The notes beneath the pieces are model-generated. The model ran no database searches, was not told the DNA's origin, and saw nothing but the letters and a program-made list of their open reading frames with translations. The translations under genes and the position numbers were made by a program. Below, one piece after another: positions 26,224 through 39,900 of a DNA stretch of 64,000 nt (its first letter is position 1; each line of letters opens with the position of its first letter). The stretch is from Eledone cirrhosa (Eukaryota), in NCBI GenBank assembly GCA_964016885.1, contig OZ024741.1:249736001-249800000 (forward strand). Reading direction: 5' to 3'.

Positions 26224-26653
26224 CAGGGGGAGATAATTTGTAAAAAAATCAGGGGGAGATAATTTGTAAAAAAAAAATCAGGGGGAGATAATTTGTAAAA
26301 AAAAATCAGGGGGAGCTAATTTGTAAAAAAAATCAGGGGGAGATAATTTGTAAAAAAAAATCAGGGGGAGATAATTTGTAAAAAAAAAATCAGGGGGAGA
26401 TAATTTGTAAAAAAATCAAGGGGAGATAATTTCCAGCCGTCCAAGGGGAGATAATTTTCAGCCGTCCAAGGAGGTAATTTCTAGCCGTCCAAGGGGAGAT
26501 AATTTCCAGCCGTCCAAGGGGAGATAATTTTTTTAAAAAAATCAGGCGGAGATAATTTGTAAACAAAAATCAGGGGGAGATAATTTGTAAAAAAAAATCA
26601 GGGGGAGATAATTTGTAAAAAAAAATCAGGGGTAGATAATTTGTAAAAAAAAT

Positions 26654-27909
26654 CAAGGGGAGATAATTTCCAGCCGTCCAAGGGGAGGTAATATCTAGCC
26701 ATCCAAGGGGAGATAATTTCCAGCCGTCCAAGGGGAGATAATTTCCAGCCGTCCAAGGGGAGATAATATCCAGCCGTCCAAGGAGACATATTTTCCAGCC
26801 GTCCAAGGAGAGGTAATTTCTAGCCGTCCAAGGGGAGATAAGTTCCAGCCTCCAAGGGGAGATAATTTCCAGCCAGCCAAGGGGAGATAATTTGTAAAAA
26901 AATCAGGGGGAGATAATTTGTAAAAAAAATCAGGGGGAGATAATTTGTAAAAAAATCAGGGGGAGATAATTTCTAAAAAAAAAATCAGGGGGAGATAATT
27001 TGTAAAAAAAATCAGGGGGAGATAATTTGTAGAAAAAATCAGGGGTAGATAATTTGTAAAAAAAATCAGGGGGAGATAATTTGTAAAAAAAATCAGGGGG
27101 AGATAATTTGTAAAAAAAATCAGGGGTAGATAATTTTCAGCCGTCCAAGGGGAGATAATTTCCATCCTTCCAAGGGGAGATAATTTCCAGCCGTCCAAGG
27201 GGAGATAATTTCCCGCCAGCCAAGGAGAGATAACATTTAAAAAAATCAGGCGGAGATAATTTGTAAAAAAAATCAGGGGGAGATAATTTATAAAAAAATC
27301 AGGGGGAGATAATTTGTAAAAAAAATCAGGGGTAGATAATTTCCAGCCGTCCAAGGGGAGATAATTTCCATCCTTCCAAGGGGAGATAATTTCCAGCCGT
27401 CCAAGGGGAGATAATTTCCCGCCAGCCAAGGAGAGATAATATTTAAAAAAATCAGGCGGAGATAATTTGTAAAAAAAATCAGGGGGAGATAATTTGTAAA
27501 AAAATCAGGGGGAGATAATTTGTAAAAAAAAATCAGGGGGAGATAATTTGTAAAAAAAATCAGGGGGAGATAATTTGTAAAAAAAATCAGGGGTAGATAA
27601 TTTGTAAAAAAAAATCAGGGGGAGATAATTTGTAAAAAAAAAATCAGGGGGAGATAATTTGTAAAAAAATCAAGGGGAGATAATTTCCAGCCGTCCAAGG
27701 GGAGATAATTTTCAGCCGTCCAAGGAGAGGTAATTTCTAGCCGTCCAAGGGGAGATAATTTCCAGCCGTCCAAGGGGAGATAATTTTTTTAAAAAAATCA
27801 GGCGGAGATAATTTGTAAACAAAAATCAGGGGGAGATAGTTTGTAAAAAAAAATCAGGGGGAGATAATTTGTTAAAAAAAATCAGGGGGAGATAATTTGT
27901 AAAAAAAAT
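26654..27909. repeat. Example canonical HOR, 1,256 bp, 48 monomers (21 A + 27 B): Z(A9)-B9-X1(A4)-B4-X2(A4)-B9-Y(A4)-B5
   Basis: Monomers counted directly. Z-to-Z spacings of 1,256-1,258 recur (ORF ends 5324>6582, 14345>15603, 17260>18518, 26880>28136>29393, 32848>34104>35361, 40019>41277). Confidence 0.93.
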
Positions 27910-30900
27910 CAAGGGGAGATAATTTCCAGCCGTCCAAGGGGAGGTAATATCTAGCCATCCAAGGGGAGATAATTTCCAGCCGTCCAAGGGGAGATAATTT
28001 CCAGCCGTCCAAGGGGAGATAATATCCAGCCGTCCAAGGAGACATATTTTCCAGCCGTCCAAGGAGAGGTAATTTCTAGCCGTCCAAGGGGAGATAAGTT
28101 CCTGCCTCCAAGGGGAGATAATTTCCAGCCAGCCAAGGGGAGATAATTTGTAAAAAAATCAGGGGGAGATAATTTGTAAAAAAAAAATCAGGGGGAGATA
28201 ATTTGTAAAAAAATCAGGGGGAGATAATTTGTAAAAAAAAAATCAGGGGGAGATAATTTGTAAAAAAAATCAGGGGGAGATAATTTGTAGAAAAAATCAG
28301 GGGTAGATAATTTGTAAAAAAAATCAGGGGGAGATAATTTGTAAAAAAAATCAGGGGGAGATAATTTGTAAAAAAAATCAGGGGTAGATAATTTTCAGCC
28401 GTCCAAGGGGAGATAATTTCCATCCTTCCAAGGGGAGATAATTTCCAGCCGTCCAAGGGGAGATAATTTCCCGCCAGCCAAGGAGAGATAACATTTAAAA
28501 AAATCAGGCGGAGATAATTTGTAAATAAAATCAGGGGGAGATAATTTGTAAAAAAATCAGGGGGAGATAATTTGTAAAAAAAATCAGGGGTAGATAATTT
28601 CCAGCCGTCCAAGGGGAGATAATTTCCATCCTTCCAAGGGGAGATAATTTCCAGCCGTCCAAGGGGAGATAATTTCCCGCCAGCCAAGGAGAGATAATAT
28701 TTAAAAAAATCAGGCGGAGATAATTTGTAAAAAAAATCAGGGGGAGATAATTTGTAAAAAAATCAGGGGGAGATAATTTGTAAAAAAAAATCAGGGGTAG
28801 GTAATTTGTAAAAAAAATCAGGGGGAGATAATTTGTAAAAAAAATCAGGGGTAGATAATTTGTAAAAAAAAATCAGGGGGAGATAATTTGTAAAAAAAAA
28901 ATCAGGGGGAGATAATTTGTAAAAAAATCAAGGTGAGATAATTTCCAGCCGTCCAAGGGGAGATAATTTTCAGCCTTCCAAGGAGAGGTAATTTCTAGCC
29001 GTCCAAGGGGAGATAATTTCCAGCCGTCCAAGGGGAGATAATTTTTTAAAAAAATCAGGCGGAGATAATTTGTAAACAAAAATCAGGGGGAGATAATTTG
29101 TAAAAAAAAATCAGGGGGAGATAATTTGTAAAAAAAAATCAGGGGGAGATAATTTGTAAAAAAAATCAAGGGGAGATAATTTCCAGCCGTCCAAGGGGAG
29201 GTAATATCTAGCCATCCAAGGGGAGATAATTTCCAGCCGTCCAAGGGGAGATAATTTCCAGCCGTCCAAGGGGAGATAATATCCAGCCGTCCAAGGAGAC
29301 ATATTTTCCAGCCGTCCAAGGATAGGTAATTTCTAGCCGTCCAAGGGGAGATAAGTTCCAGCCTCCAAGGGGAGATAATTTCCAGCCAGCCAAGGGGAGA
29401 TAATTTGTAAAAAAATCAGGGGGAGATAATTTGTAAAAAAAAAATCAGGGGGAGATAATTTGTAAAAAAATCAGGGGGAGATAATTTGTAAAAAAAAAAT
29501 CAGGGGGAGATAATTTGTAAAAAAAATCAGGGGGAGATAATTTGTAAAAAAAATCAGGGGTAGATAATTTGTAAAAAAAATCAGGGGGAGATAATTTGTA
29601 AAAAAAATCAGGAGATAATTTGTAAAAAAAATCAGGGGTAGATAATTTTCAGCCGTCCAAGGGGAGATAATTTCCATCCTTCCAAGGGGAGATAATTTCC
29701 AGCCGTCCAAGGGGAGATAATTTCCCGCCAGCCAAGGAGAGATAACATTTAAAAAAATCAGGGGTAGATAATTTGTAAAAAAAATCAGGGGGAGATAATT
29801 TGTAAAAAAAATCAGGGGGAGATAATTTGTAAAAAAAATCAGGGGTAGATAATTTTCAGCCGTCCAAGGGGAGATAATTTCCATCCTTCCAAGGGGAGAT
29901 AATTTCCAGCCGTCCAAGGGGAGATAATTTCCCGCCAGCCAAGGAGAGATAACATTTAAAAAAATCAGGCGGAGATAATTTGTAAAAAAAATCAGGGGGA
30001 GATAATTTGTAAAAAAATCAGGGGGAGATAATTTGTAAAAAAAATCAGGGGTAGATAATTTCCAGCCGTCCAAGGGGAGATAATTTCCATCCTTCCAAGG
30101 GGAGATAATTTCCAGCCGTCCAAGGGGAGATAATTTCCCGCCAGCCAAGGAGAGATAATATTTAAAAAAATCAGGCGGAGATAATTTGTAAAAAAAATCA
30201 GGGGGAGATAATTTGTAAACAAAAATCAGGGGGAGATAATTTGTAAAAAAAATCAGGCGGAGATAATTTGTAAACAAAAATCAGGGGGAGATAATTTGTA
30301 AAAAAAAATCAGGGGGAGATAATTTGTAAAAAAAAATCAGGGGGAGATAATTTGTAAAAAAAAATCAAGGGGAGATAATTTCCAGCCGTCCAAGGGGAGG
30401 TAATATCTAGCCATCCAAGGGGAGATAATTTCCAGCCGTCCAAGGGGAGATAATTTCCAGCCGTCCAAGGGGAGATAATATCCAGCCGTCCAAGGAGACA
30501 TATTTTCCAGCCGTCCAAGGAGAGGTAATTTCTAGCCGTCCAAGGGGAGATAAGTTCCTGCCTCCAAGGGGAGATAATTTCCAGCCAGCCAAGGGGAGAT
30601 AATTTGTAAAAAAATCAGGGGGAGATAATTTGTAAAAAAAAAATCAGGGGGAGATAATTTGTAAAAAAATCAGGGTGAGATAATTTGTAAAAAAAAAATC
30701 AGGGGGAGATAATTTGTAAAAAAAATCAGGGGGAGATAATTTGTAGAAAAAATCAGGGGTAGATAATTTGTAAAAAAAATCAGGGGGAGATAATTTATAA
30801 AAAAAATCAGGGGGAGATAATTTGTAAAAAAAATCAGGGGTAGATAATTTTCAGCCGTCCAAGGGGAGATAATTTCCATCCTTCCAAGGGGAGATAATTT

Positions 30901-33900
30901 CCAGCCGTCCAAGGGGAGATAATTTCCCGCCAGCCAAGGAGAGATAACATTTAAAAAAATCAGGCGGAGATAATTTGTAAAAAAAATCAGGGGGAGATAA
31001 TTTGTAAAAAAATCAGGGGGAGATAATTTGTAAAAAAAATCAGGGGTAGATAATTTCCAGCCGTCCAAGGGGAGATAATTTCCATCCTTCCAAGGGGAGA
31101 TAATTTCCAGCCGTCCAAGGGGAGGTAATATCTAGCCATCCAAGGGGAGATAATTTCCAGCCGTCCAAGGGGAGATAATTTCCAGCCGTCCAAGGAGAGA
31201 TAATATCCAGCCGTCCAAGGAGACATATTTTCCAGCCGTCCAAGGAGACGTAATTTCTAGCCGTCCAAGGGGAGATAAGTTCCAGCCTCCAAGGGGAGAT
31301 AATTTCCAGCCAGCCAAGGGGAGATAATTTGTAAAAAAATTAGGGGGAGATAATTTGTAAATAAAAATTAGGGGGAGATAATTTGTAAAAAAAAATCAGG
31401 GGGAGATAATTTGTAAAAAAAATCAAGGGGAGATAATTTCCAGCCGTCCAAGGGGAGATAATTTTCAGCCGTCCAAGGAGAGGTAAATTCTAGCCGTCCA
31501 AGGAGATATAATTTCCAGCCGTCCAAGGGGAGATAATTTCCAGCCGTCCAAGGGGAGATAATTTTAAAAAAAAAATCAGGCGGAGATAATTTGTAAACAA
31601 AAATCAGGGGGAGATAATTTTTAAAAAAAAATCAGGGGGAGATAATTTGTAAAAAAAAATCAGGGGGAGATAATTTGTAAAAAAATTCAAGGGGAGATAA
31701 TTTCCAGCCGTCCAAGGGGAGGTAATATCTAGCCATCCAAGGGGAGATAATTTCCAGCCGTCCAAGGGGAGATAATTTCCAGCCGTCCAAGGGGAGATAA
31801 TATCCAGCCGTCCAAGGAGACATATTTTCCAGCCGTCCAAGGAGAGGTAATTTCTAGCCGTCCAAGGGGAGATAAGTTCCAGCCTCCAAGGGGAGATAAT
31901 TTCCAGCTAGCCAAGGGGAGATAATTTGTAAAAAAATCAGGGGGGAGATAATTTGTAAAAAAAATCAGGGGGAGATAATTTGAAAAAAATATCAAGGGGA
32001 GATAATTTCCAGCCCTCCAAGGGGCTATAATTTCCAGCCGTGCAAGGGGAGATAATTTCCAGCCGTCCAAGGGGAGATAATTTCCATCCTTCCAAGGGGA
32101 GATAATTTCCAGCCGTCCAAGGGGAGATAATTTCCCGCCAGCCAAGGGAAGATAATTTTTTAAAAAATCAGGCGGAGATTGTAAAAAAAATCAGGGGGAG
32201 ATAATTTGTAAAAAAATCAGGGGGAGATAATTTGTAAAAAAAAAATCAGGGGGAGATAATTTGTAAAAAAAAATCAGGGGGAGCTAATTTGTAAAAAAAA
32301 TCAGGGGGAGATAATTTGTAAAAAAAAATCAGGGGGAGATAATTTGTAAAAAAAAAATCAGGGGGAGATAATTTGTAAAAAAATCAAGGGGAGATAATTT
32401 CCAGCCGTCCAAGGGGAGATAATTTTCAGCCGTCCAAGGAGGTAATTTCTAGCCGTCCAAGGGGAGATAATTTCCAGCCGTCCAAGGGGAGATAATTTTT
32501 TTAAAAAAATCAGGCGGAGATAATTTGTAAACAAAAATCAGGGGGAGATAATTTGTAAAAAAAAATCAGGGGGAGATAATTTGTAAAAAAAAATCAGGGG
32601 TAGATAATTTGTAAAAAAAATCAAGGGGAGATAATTTCCAGCCGTCCAAGGGGAGGTAATATCTAGCCATCCAAGGGGAGATAATTTCCAGCCGTCCAAG
32701 GGGAGATAATTTCCAGCCGTCCAAGGGGAGATAATATCCAGCCGTCCAAGGAGACATATTTTCCAGCCGTCCAAGGAGAGGTAATTTCTAGCCGTCCAAG
32801 GGGAGATAAGTTCCAGCCTCCAAGGGGAGATAATTTCCAGCCAGCCAAGGGGAGATAATTTGTAAAAAAATCAGGGGGAGATAATTTGTAAAAAAAATCA
32901 GGGGGAGATAATTTGTAAAAAAATCAGGGGGAGATAATTTCTAAAAAAAAAATCAGGGGGAGATAATTTGTAAAAAAAATCAGGGGGAGATAATTTGTAG
33001 AAAAAATCAGGGGTAGATAATTTGTAAAAAAAATCAGGGGGAGATAATTTGTAAAAAAAATCAGGGGGAGATAATTTGTAAAAAAAATCAGGGGTAGATA
33101 ATTTTCAGCCGTCCAAGGGGAGATAATTTCCATCCTTCCAAGGGGAGATAATTTCCAGCCGTCCAAGGGGAGATAATTTCCCGCCAGCCAAGGAGAGATA
33201 ACATTTAAAAAAATCAGGCGGAGATAATTTGTAAAAAAAATCAGGGGGAGATAATTTATAAAAAAATCAGGGGGAGATAATTTGTAAAAAAAATCAGGGG
33301 TAGATAATTTCCAGCCGTCCAAGGGGAGATAATTTCCATCCTTCCAAGGGGAGATAATTTCCAGCCGTCCAAGGGGAGATAATTTCCCGCCAGCCAAGGA
33401 GAGATAATATTTAAAAAAATCAGGCGGAGATAATTTGTAAAAAAAATCAGGGGGAGATAATTTGTAAAAAAATCAGGGGGAGATAATTTGTAAAAAAAAA
33501 TCAGGGGGAGATAATTTGTAAAAAAAATCAGGGGGAGATAATTTGTAAAAAAAATCAGGGGTAGATAATTTGTAAAAAAAAATCAGGGGGAGATAATTTG
33601 TAAAAAAAAAATCAGGGGGAGATAATTTGTAAAAAAATCAAGGGGAGATAATTTCCAGCCGTCCAAGGGGAGATAATTTTCAGCCGTCCAAGGAGAGGTA
33701 ATTTCTAGCCGTCCAAGGGGAGATAATTTCCAGCCGTCCAAGGGGAGATAATTTTTTTAAAAAAATCAGGCGGAGATAATTTGTAAACAAAAATCAGGGG
33801 GAGATAGTTTGTAAAAAAAAATCAGGGGGAGATAATTTGTTAAAAAAAATCAGGGGGAGATAATTTGTAAAAAAAATCAAGGGGAGATAATTTCCAGCCG

Positions 33901-36900
33901 TCCAAGGGGAGGTAATATCTAGCCATCCAAGGGGAGATAATTTCCAGCCGTCCAAGGGGAGATAATTTCCAGCCGTCCAAGGGGAGATAATATCCAGCCG
34001 TCCAAGGAGACATATTTTCCAGCCGTCCAAGGAGAGGTAATTTCTAGCCGTCCAAGGGGAGATAAGTTCCTGCCTCCAAGGGGAGATAATTTCCAGCCAG
34101 CCAAGGGGAGATAATTTGTAAAAAAATCAGGGGGAGATAATTTGTAAAAAAAAAATCAGGGGGAGATAATTTGTAAAAAAATCAGGGGGAGATAATTTGT
34201 AAAAAAAAAATCAGGGGGAGATAATTTGTAAAAAAAATCAGGGGGAGATAATTTGTAGAAAAAATCAGGGGTAGATAATTTGTAAAAAAAATCAGGGGGA
34301 GATAATTTGTAAAAAAAATCAGGGGGAGATAATTTGTAAAAAAAATCAGGGGTAGATAATTTTCAGCCGTCCAAGGGGAGATAATTTCCATCCTTCCAAG
34401 GGGAGATAATTTCCAGCCGTCCAAGGGGAGATAATTTCCCGCCAGCCAAGGAGAGATAACATTTAAAAAAATCAGGCGGAGATAATTTGTAAATAAAATC
34501 AGGGGGAGATAATTTGTAAAAAAATCAGGGGGAGATAATTTGTAAAAAAAATCAGGGGTAGATAATTTCCAGCCGTCCAAGGGGAGATAATTTCCATCCT
34601 TCCAAGGGGAGATAATTTCCAGCCGTCCAAGGGGAGATAATTTCCCGCCAGCCAAGGAGAGATAATATTTAAAAAAATCAGGCGGAGATAATTTGTAAAA
34701 AAAATCAGGGGGAGATAATTTGTAAAAAAATCAGGGGGAGATAATTTGTAAAAAAAAATCAGGGGTAGGTAATTTGTAAAAAAAATCAGGGGGAGATAAT
34801 TTGTAAAAAAAATCAGGGGTAGATAATTTGTAAAAAAAAATCAGGGGGAGATAATTTGTAAAAAAAAAATCAGGGGGAGATAATTTGTAAAAAAATCAAG
34901 GTGAGATAATTTCCAGCCGTCCAAGGGGAGATAATTTTCAGCCTTCCAAGGAGAGGTAATTTCTAGCCGTCCAAGGGGAGATAATTTCCAGCCGTCCAAG
35001 GGGAGATAATTTTTTAAAAAAATCAGGCGGAGATAATTTGTAAACAAAAATCAGGGGGAGATAATTTGTAAAAAAAAATCAGGGGGAGATAATTTGTAAA
35101 AAAAAATCAGGGGGAGATAATTTGTAAAAAAAATCAAGGGGAGATAATTTCCAGCCGTCCAAGGGGAGGTAATATCTAGCCATCCAAGGGGAGATAATTT
35201 CCAGCCGTCCAAGGGGAGATAATTTCCAGCCGTCCAAGGGGAGATAATATCCAGCCGTCCAAGGAGACATATTTTCCAGCCGTCCAAGGATAGGTAATTT
35301 CTAGCCGTCCAAGGGGAGATAAGTTCCAGCCTCCAAGGGGAGATAATTTCCAGCCAGCCAAGGGGAGATAATTTGTAAAAAAATCAGGGGGAGATAATTT
35401 GTAAAAAAAAAATCAGGGGGAGATAATTTGTAAAAAAATCAGGGGGAGATAATTTGTAAAAAAAAAATCAGGGGGAGATAATTTGTAAAAAAAATCAGGG
35501 GGAGATAATTTGTAAAAAAAATCAGGGGTAGATAATTTGTAAAAAAAATCAGGGGGAGATAATTTGTAAAAAAAATCAGGAGATAATTTGTAAAAAAAAT
35601 CAGGGGTAGATAATTTTCAGCCGTCCAAGGGGAGATAATTTCCATCCTTCCAAGGGGAGATAATTTCCAGCCGTCCAAGGGGAGATAATTTCCCGCCAGC
35701 CAAGGAGAGATAACATTTAAAAAAATCAGGCGGAGATAATTTGTAAAAAAATCAGGGGGAGATAATTTGTAAAAAAAAATCAGGGGGAGATAATTTGTAA
35801 AAAAAAATCAGGGGGTGATAATTTGTAAAAAAAAATCAGGGGGAGATAATTTGTAAAATAATCAAGGGGAGATAATTTCCAGCCGTCCAAGGGGAGATAA
35901 TTTTCAGCCGTCCAAGGAGAGGTAATTTCTAGCCGTCCAAGGGGAGATAATTTCCAGCCGTCCAAGGGGAGATAATTTTTAAAAAAAAATCAGGCGGAGA
36001 TAATTTGTAAACAAAAATCAGGGGGAGATAATTTGTAAAAAAAAATCAGGGGGAGATAATTTGTAAAAAAAATCAAGGGGAGATAATTTCCAGCCGTCCA
36101 AGGGGAGGTAATATCTAGCCATCCAAGGGGAGATAATTTCCAGCCGTCCAAGGGGAGATAATTTCCAGCCGTCCAAGGGGAGATAATATCCAGCCGTCCA
36201 AGGAGACATATTTTCCAGCCGTCCAAGGAGACGTAATTTCTAGCCGTCCAAGGGGAGATAAGTTCCAGCCTCCAAGGGGAGATAATTTCCAGCCAGCCAA
36301 GGGGAGATAATTTGTAAAAAAATTAGGGGGAGATAATTTGTAAAAAAAAATCAGGGGGAGATAATTTGTAAAAAAAAATCAGGGGGAGATAATTTGTAAA
36401 AAATATCAAGGGGAGATAATTTCCAGCCCTCCAAGGGGCTATAATTTCCAGCCGTGCAAGGGGAGATAATTTCCAGCCGTCCAAGGGGAGATAATTTCCA
36501 TCCTTCCAAGGGGAGATAATTTCCAGCCGTCCAAGGGGAGATAATTTCCCGCCAGCCAAGGGAAGATAATTTTTTAAAAAATCAGGCGGAGATTGTAAAA
36601 AAAATCAGGGGGAGATAATTTGTAAAAAAATCAGGGGGAGATAATTTGTAAAAAAAAAATCAGGGGGAGATAATTTGTAAAAAAAAATCAGGGGGAGATA
36701 ATTTGTAAAAAAAATCAGGGGGAGATAATTTGTAAAAAAAATCAGGGGTAGATAATTTGTAAAAAAAATCAGGGGGAGATAATTTGTAAAAAAAATCAGG
36801 GGGAGATAATTTGTAAAAAAAATCAGGGGTAGATAATTTTCAGCCGTCCAAGGGGAGATAATTTCCATCCTTCCAAGGGGAGATAATTTCCAGCCGTCCA

Positions 36901-39900
36901 AGGGGAGATAATTTCCCGCCAGCCAAGGAGAGATAACATTTAAAAAAATCAGGCGGAGATAATTTGTAAAAAAATCAGGGCGAGATAATTTGTAAAAAAA
37001 AATCAGGGGTAGATAATTTCCAGCCGTCCAAGGGGAGATAATTTCCATCCTTCCAAGGGGAGATAATTTCCAGCCGTCCAAGGGGAGATAATTTCCCGCC
37101 AGCCAAGGAGAGATAATATTTAAAAAAATCAGGCGGAGATAATTTGTAAAAAAAATCAGGGGGAGATAATTTGTAAAAAAATCAGGGGGAGATAATTTGT
37201 AAAAAAAAATCAGGGGGAGATAATTTGTAAAAAAAAATCAGGGGGAGATAATTTGTAAAAAAAAATCAGGGGTAGATAATTTGTAAAAAAAAATCAGGGT
37301 GAGATAATTTGTAAAAGAAAAATCAGGGGGAGATAATTTGTAAAAAAATCAAGGGGAGATAATTTCCAGCCGTCCAAGGGGAGATAATTTTCAGCCGTCC
37401 AAGGAGAGGTAATTTCTAGCCGTCCAAGGGGAGATAATTTCCAGCCGTCCAAGGGGAGATAATTTTTTTTAAAAAATCAGGCGGAGATAATTTGTAAACA
37501 AAAATCAGGGGGAGATAATTTGTAAAAAAAAATCAGGGGGAGATAATTTGTAAAAAAAAATCAGGGGGAGATAATTTGTAAAAAAAATCAAGGGGAGATA
37601 ATTTGTCAAAAAAAATCAGGGGTAGATAATTTGTAAAAAAAAATCAGGGGGAGATAATTTGTAAAAAAAAAATCAGGGGGAGATAATTTGTAAAAAAATC
37701 AAGGGGAGATAATTTCCAGCCGTCCAAGGGGAGATAATTTTCAGCCGTCCAAGGAGAGGTAATTTCTAGCCGTCCAAGGGGAGATAATTTCCAGCCAGCC
37801 AAGGGGAGATAATTTGTAAAAAAATCAGGGGTAGATAATTTGTAAAAAAAAATCAGGGGGAGATAATTTGTAAAAAAAATCAGGGGGAGATAATTTGTAA
37901 AAAAAATCAGGGGTAGATAATTTCCAGCCGTCCAAGGGGAGATAATTTCCATCCTTCCAAGGGGAGATAATTTCCAGCCGTCCAAGGGGAGATAATTTCC
38001 CGCCAGCCAAGGAGAGATAACATTTGAAAAAATCAGGCGGAGATAATTTGTAAAAAAAATCAGGGGGAGATAATTTGTAAAAAAATCAGGGGGAGATAAT
38101 TTGTAAAAAAAATCAGGGGTAGATAATTTCCAGCCGTCCAAGGGGAGATAATTTCCATCCTTCCAAGGGGAGATAATTTCCAGCCGTCCAAGGGGAGATA
38201 ATTTCCCGCCAGCCAAGGAGAGATAATATTTAAAAAAATCAGGCGGAGATAATTTGTAAAAAAAATCAGGGGGAGATAATTTGTAAAAAAATCAGGGGGA
38301 GATAATTTGTAAAAAAAAATCAGGGGAGATAATTTGTAAAAAAAATCAGGGGGAGATAATTTGTAAAAAAAAATCAGGGGTAGATAATTTGTAAAAAAAA
38401 ATCAGGGGGAGATAATTTGTAAAAAAAAAATCAGGGGGAGATAATTTGTAAAAAAATCAAGGGCAGATAATTTCCAGCCGTCCAAGGGGAGATAATTTTC
38501 AGCCGTCCAAGGAGGTAATTTCTAGCCGTCCAAGGGGAGATAATTTCCAGCCGTCCAAGGGGAGATAATTTTTTTAAAAAAATCAGGCGGAGATAATTTG
38601 TAAACAAAAATCAGGGGGAGATAATTTGTAAAAAAAAATCAGGGGGAGATAATTTGTAAAAAAAAATCAGGGGGAGATAATTTGTAAAAAAAAATCAAGG
38701 GGAGATAATTTCCAGCCGTCCAAGGGGAGGTAATATCTAGCCATCCAAGGGGAGATAATTTCCAGCCGTCCAAGGGGAGATAATTTCCAGCCGTCCAAGG
38801 GGAGATAATATCCAGCCGTCCAAGGAGACATATTTTCCAGCCGTCCAAGGAGAGGTAATTTCTAGCCGTCCAAGGGGAGATAAGTTCCAGCCCCCAAGGG
38901 GAGATAATTTCCAGCCAGCCAAGGGGAGATAATTTGTAAAAAAATCAGGGGGAGATAATTTGTAAAAAAAAAATCAGGGGCAGATAATTTGTAAAAAAAT
39001 CAGGGGGAGATAATTTGTAAAAAAAATCAGGGGGAGATAATTTGTAGAAAAAATCAGGGGTAGATAATTTTCAGCCGTCCAAGGGGAGATAATTTCCATC
39101 CTTCCAAGGGGAGATAATTTCCAGCCGTCCAAGGGGAGATAATTTCCCGCCAGCCAAGGAGAGATAACATTTAAAAAAATCAGGCGGAGATAATTTGTAA
39201 AAAAAATCAGGGGGAGATAATTTGTAAAAAAATCAGGGGGAGATAATTTGTAAAAAAAATCAGGGGTAGATAATTTCCAGCCGTCCAAGGGGAGATAATT
39301 TCCATCCTTCCAAGGGGAGATAATTTCCAGCCGTCCAAGGGGAGATAATTTCCCGCCAGCCAAGGAGAGATAATATTTAAAAAAATCAGGCGGAGATAAT
39401 TTGTAAAAAAAATCAGGTGGAGATAATTTGTAAAAAAATCAGGGGGAGATAATTTGTAAAAAAAAATCAGGGGGAGATAATTTGTAAAAAAAATCAGGGG
39501 GAGATAATTTGTAAAAAAAATCAGGGGTAGATAATTTGTAAAAAAAAATCAGGGGGAGATAATTTGTAAAAAAAAATCAGGGGGAGATAATTTGTAAAAA
39601 AATCAAGGGGAGATAATTTCCAGCCGTCCAAGGGGAGATAATTTTCAGCCGTCCAAGGAGAGGTAATTTCTAGCCGTCCAAGGGGAGATAATTTCCAGCC
39701 GTCCAAGGGGAGATAATTTTTTTAAAAAAATCAGGCGGAGATAATTTGTAAACAAAAATCAGGGGGAGATAATTTGTAAAAAAAAATCAGGGGGAGATAA
39801 TTTGTAAAAAAAAATCAGGGGGAGATAATTTGTAAAAAAAATCAAGGGGAGATAATTTCCAGCCGTCCAAGGGGAGGTAATATCTAGCCATCCAAGGGGA

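Larger units (their letters stand above)
23812..35730. repeat. Tandem duplication of a 5,940/5,968-bp unit (23,812-29,751 then 29,752-35,730)
   Basis: The ORF offset is 5,940 (24369/30309, 25192/31132), then 5,968 (26570/32538, 29208/35176) after one extra 28-bp B monomer near 31,605. Private variants CCAGCTAGCC, GAGCTAAT, GAGATAGTTT, GATAGGTAAT and CAGGAGATAA are shared. Confidence 0.93.
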
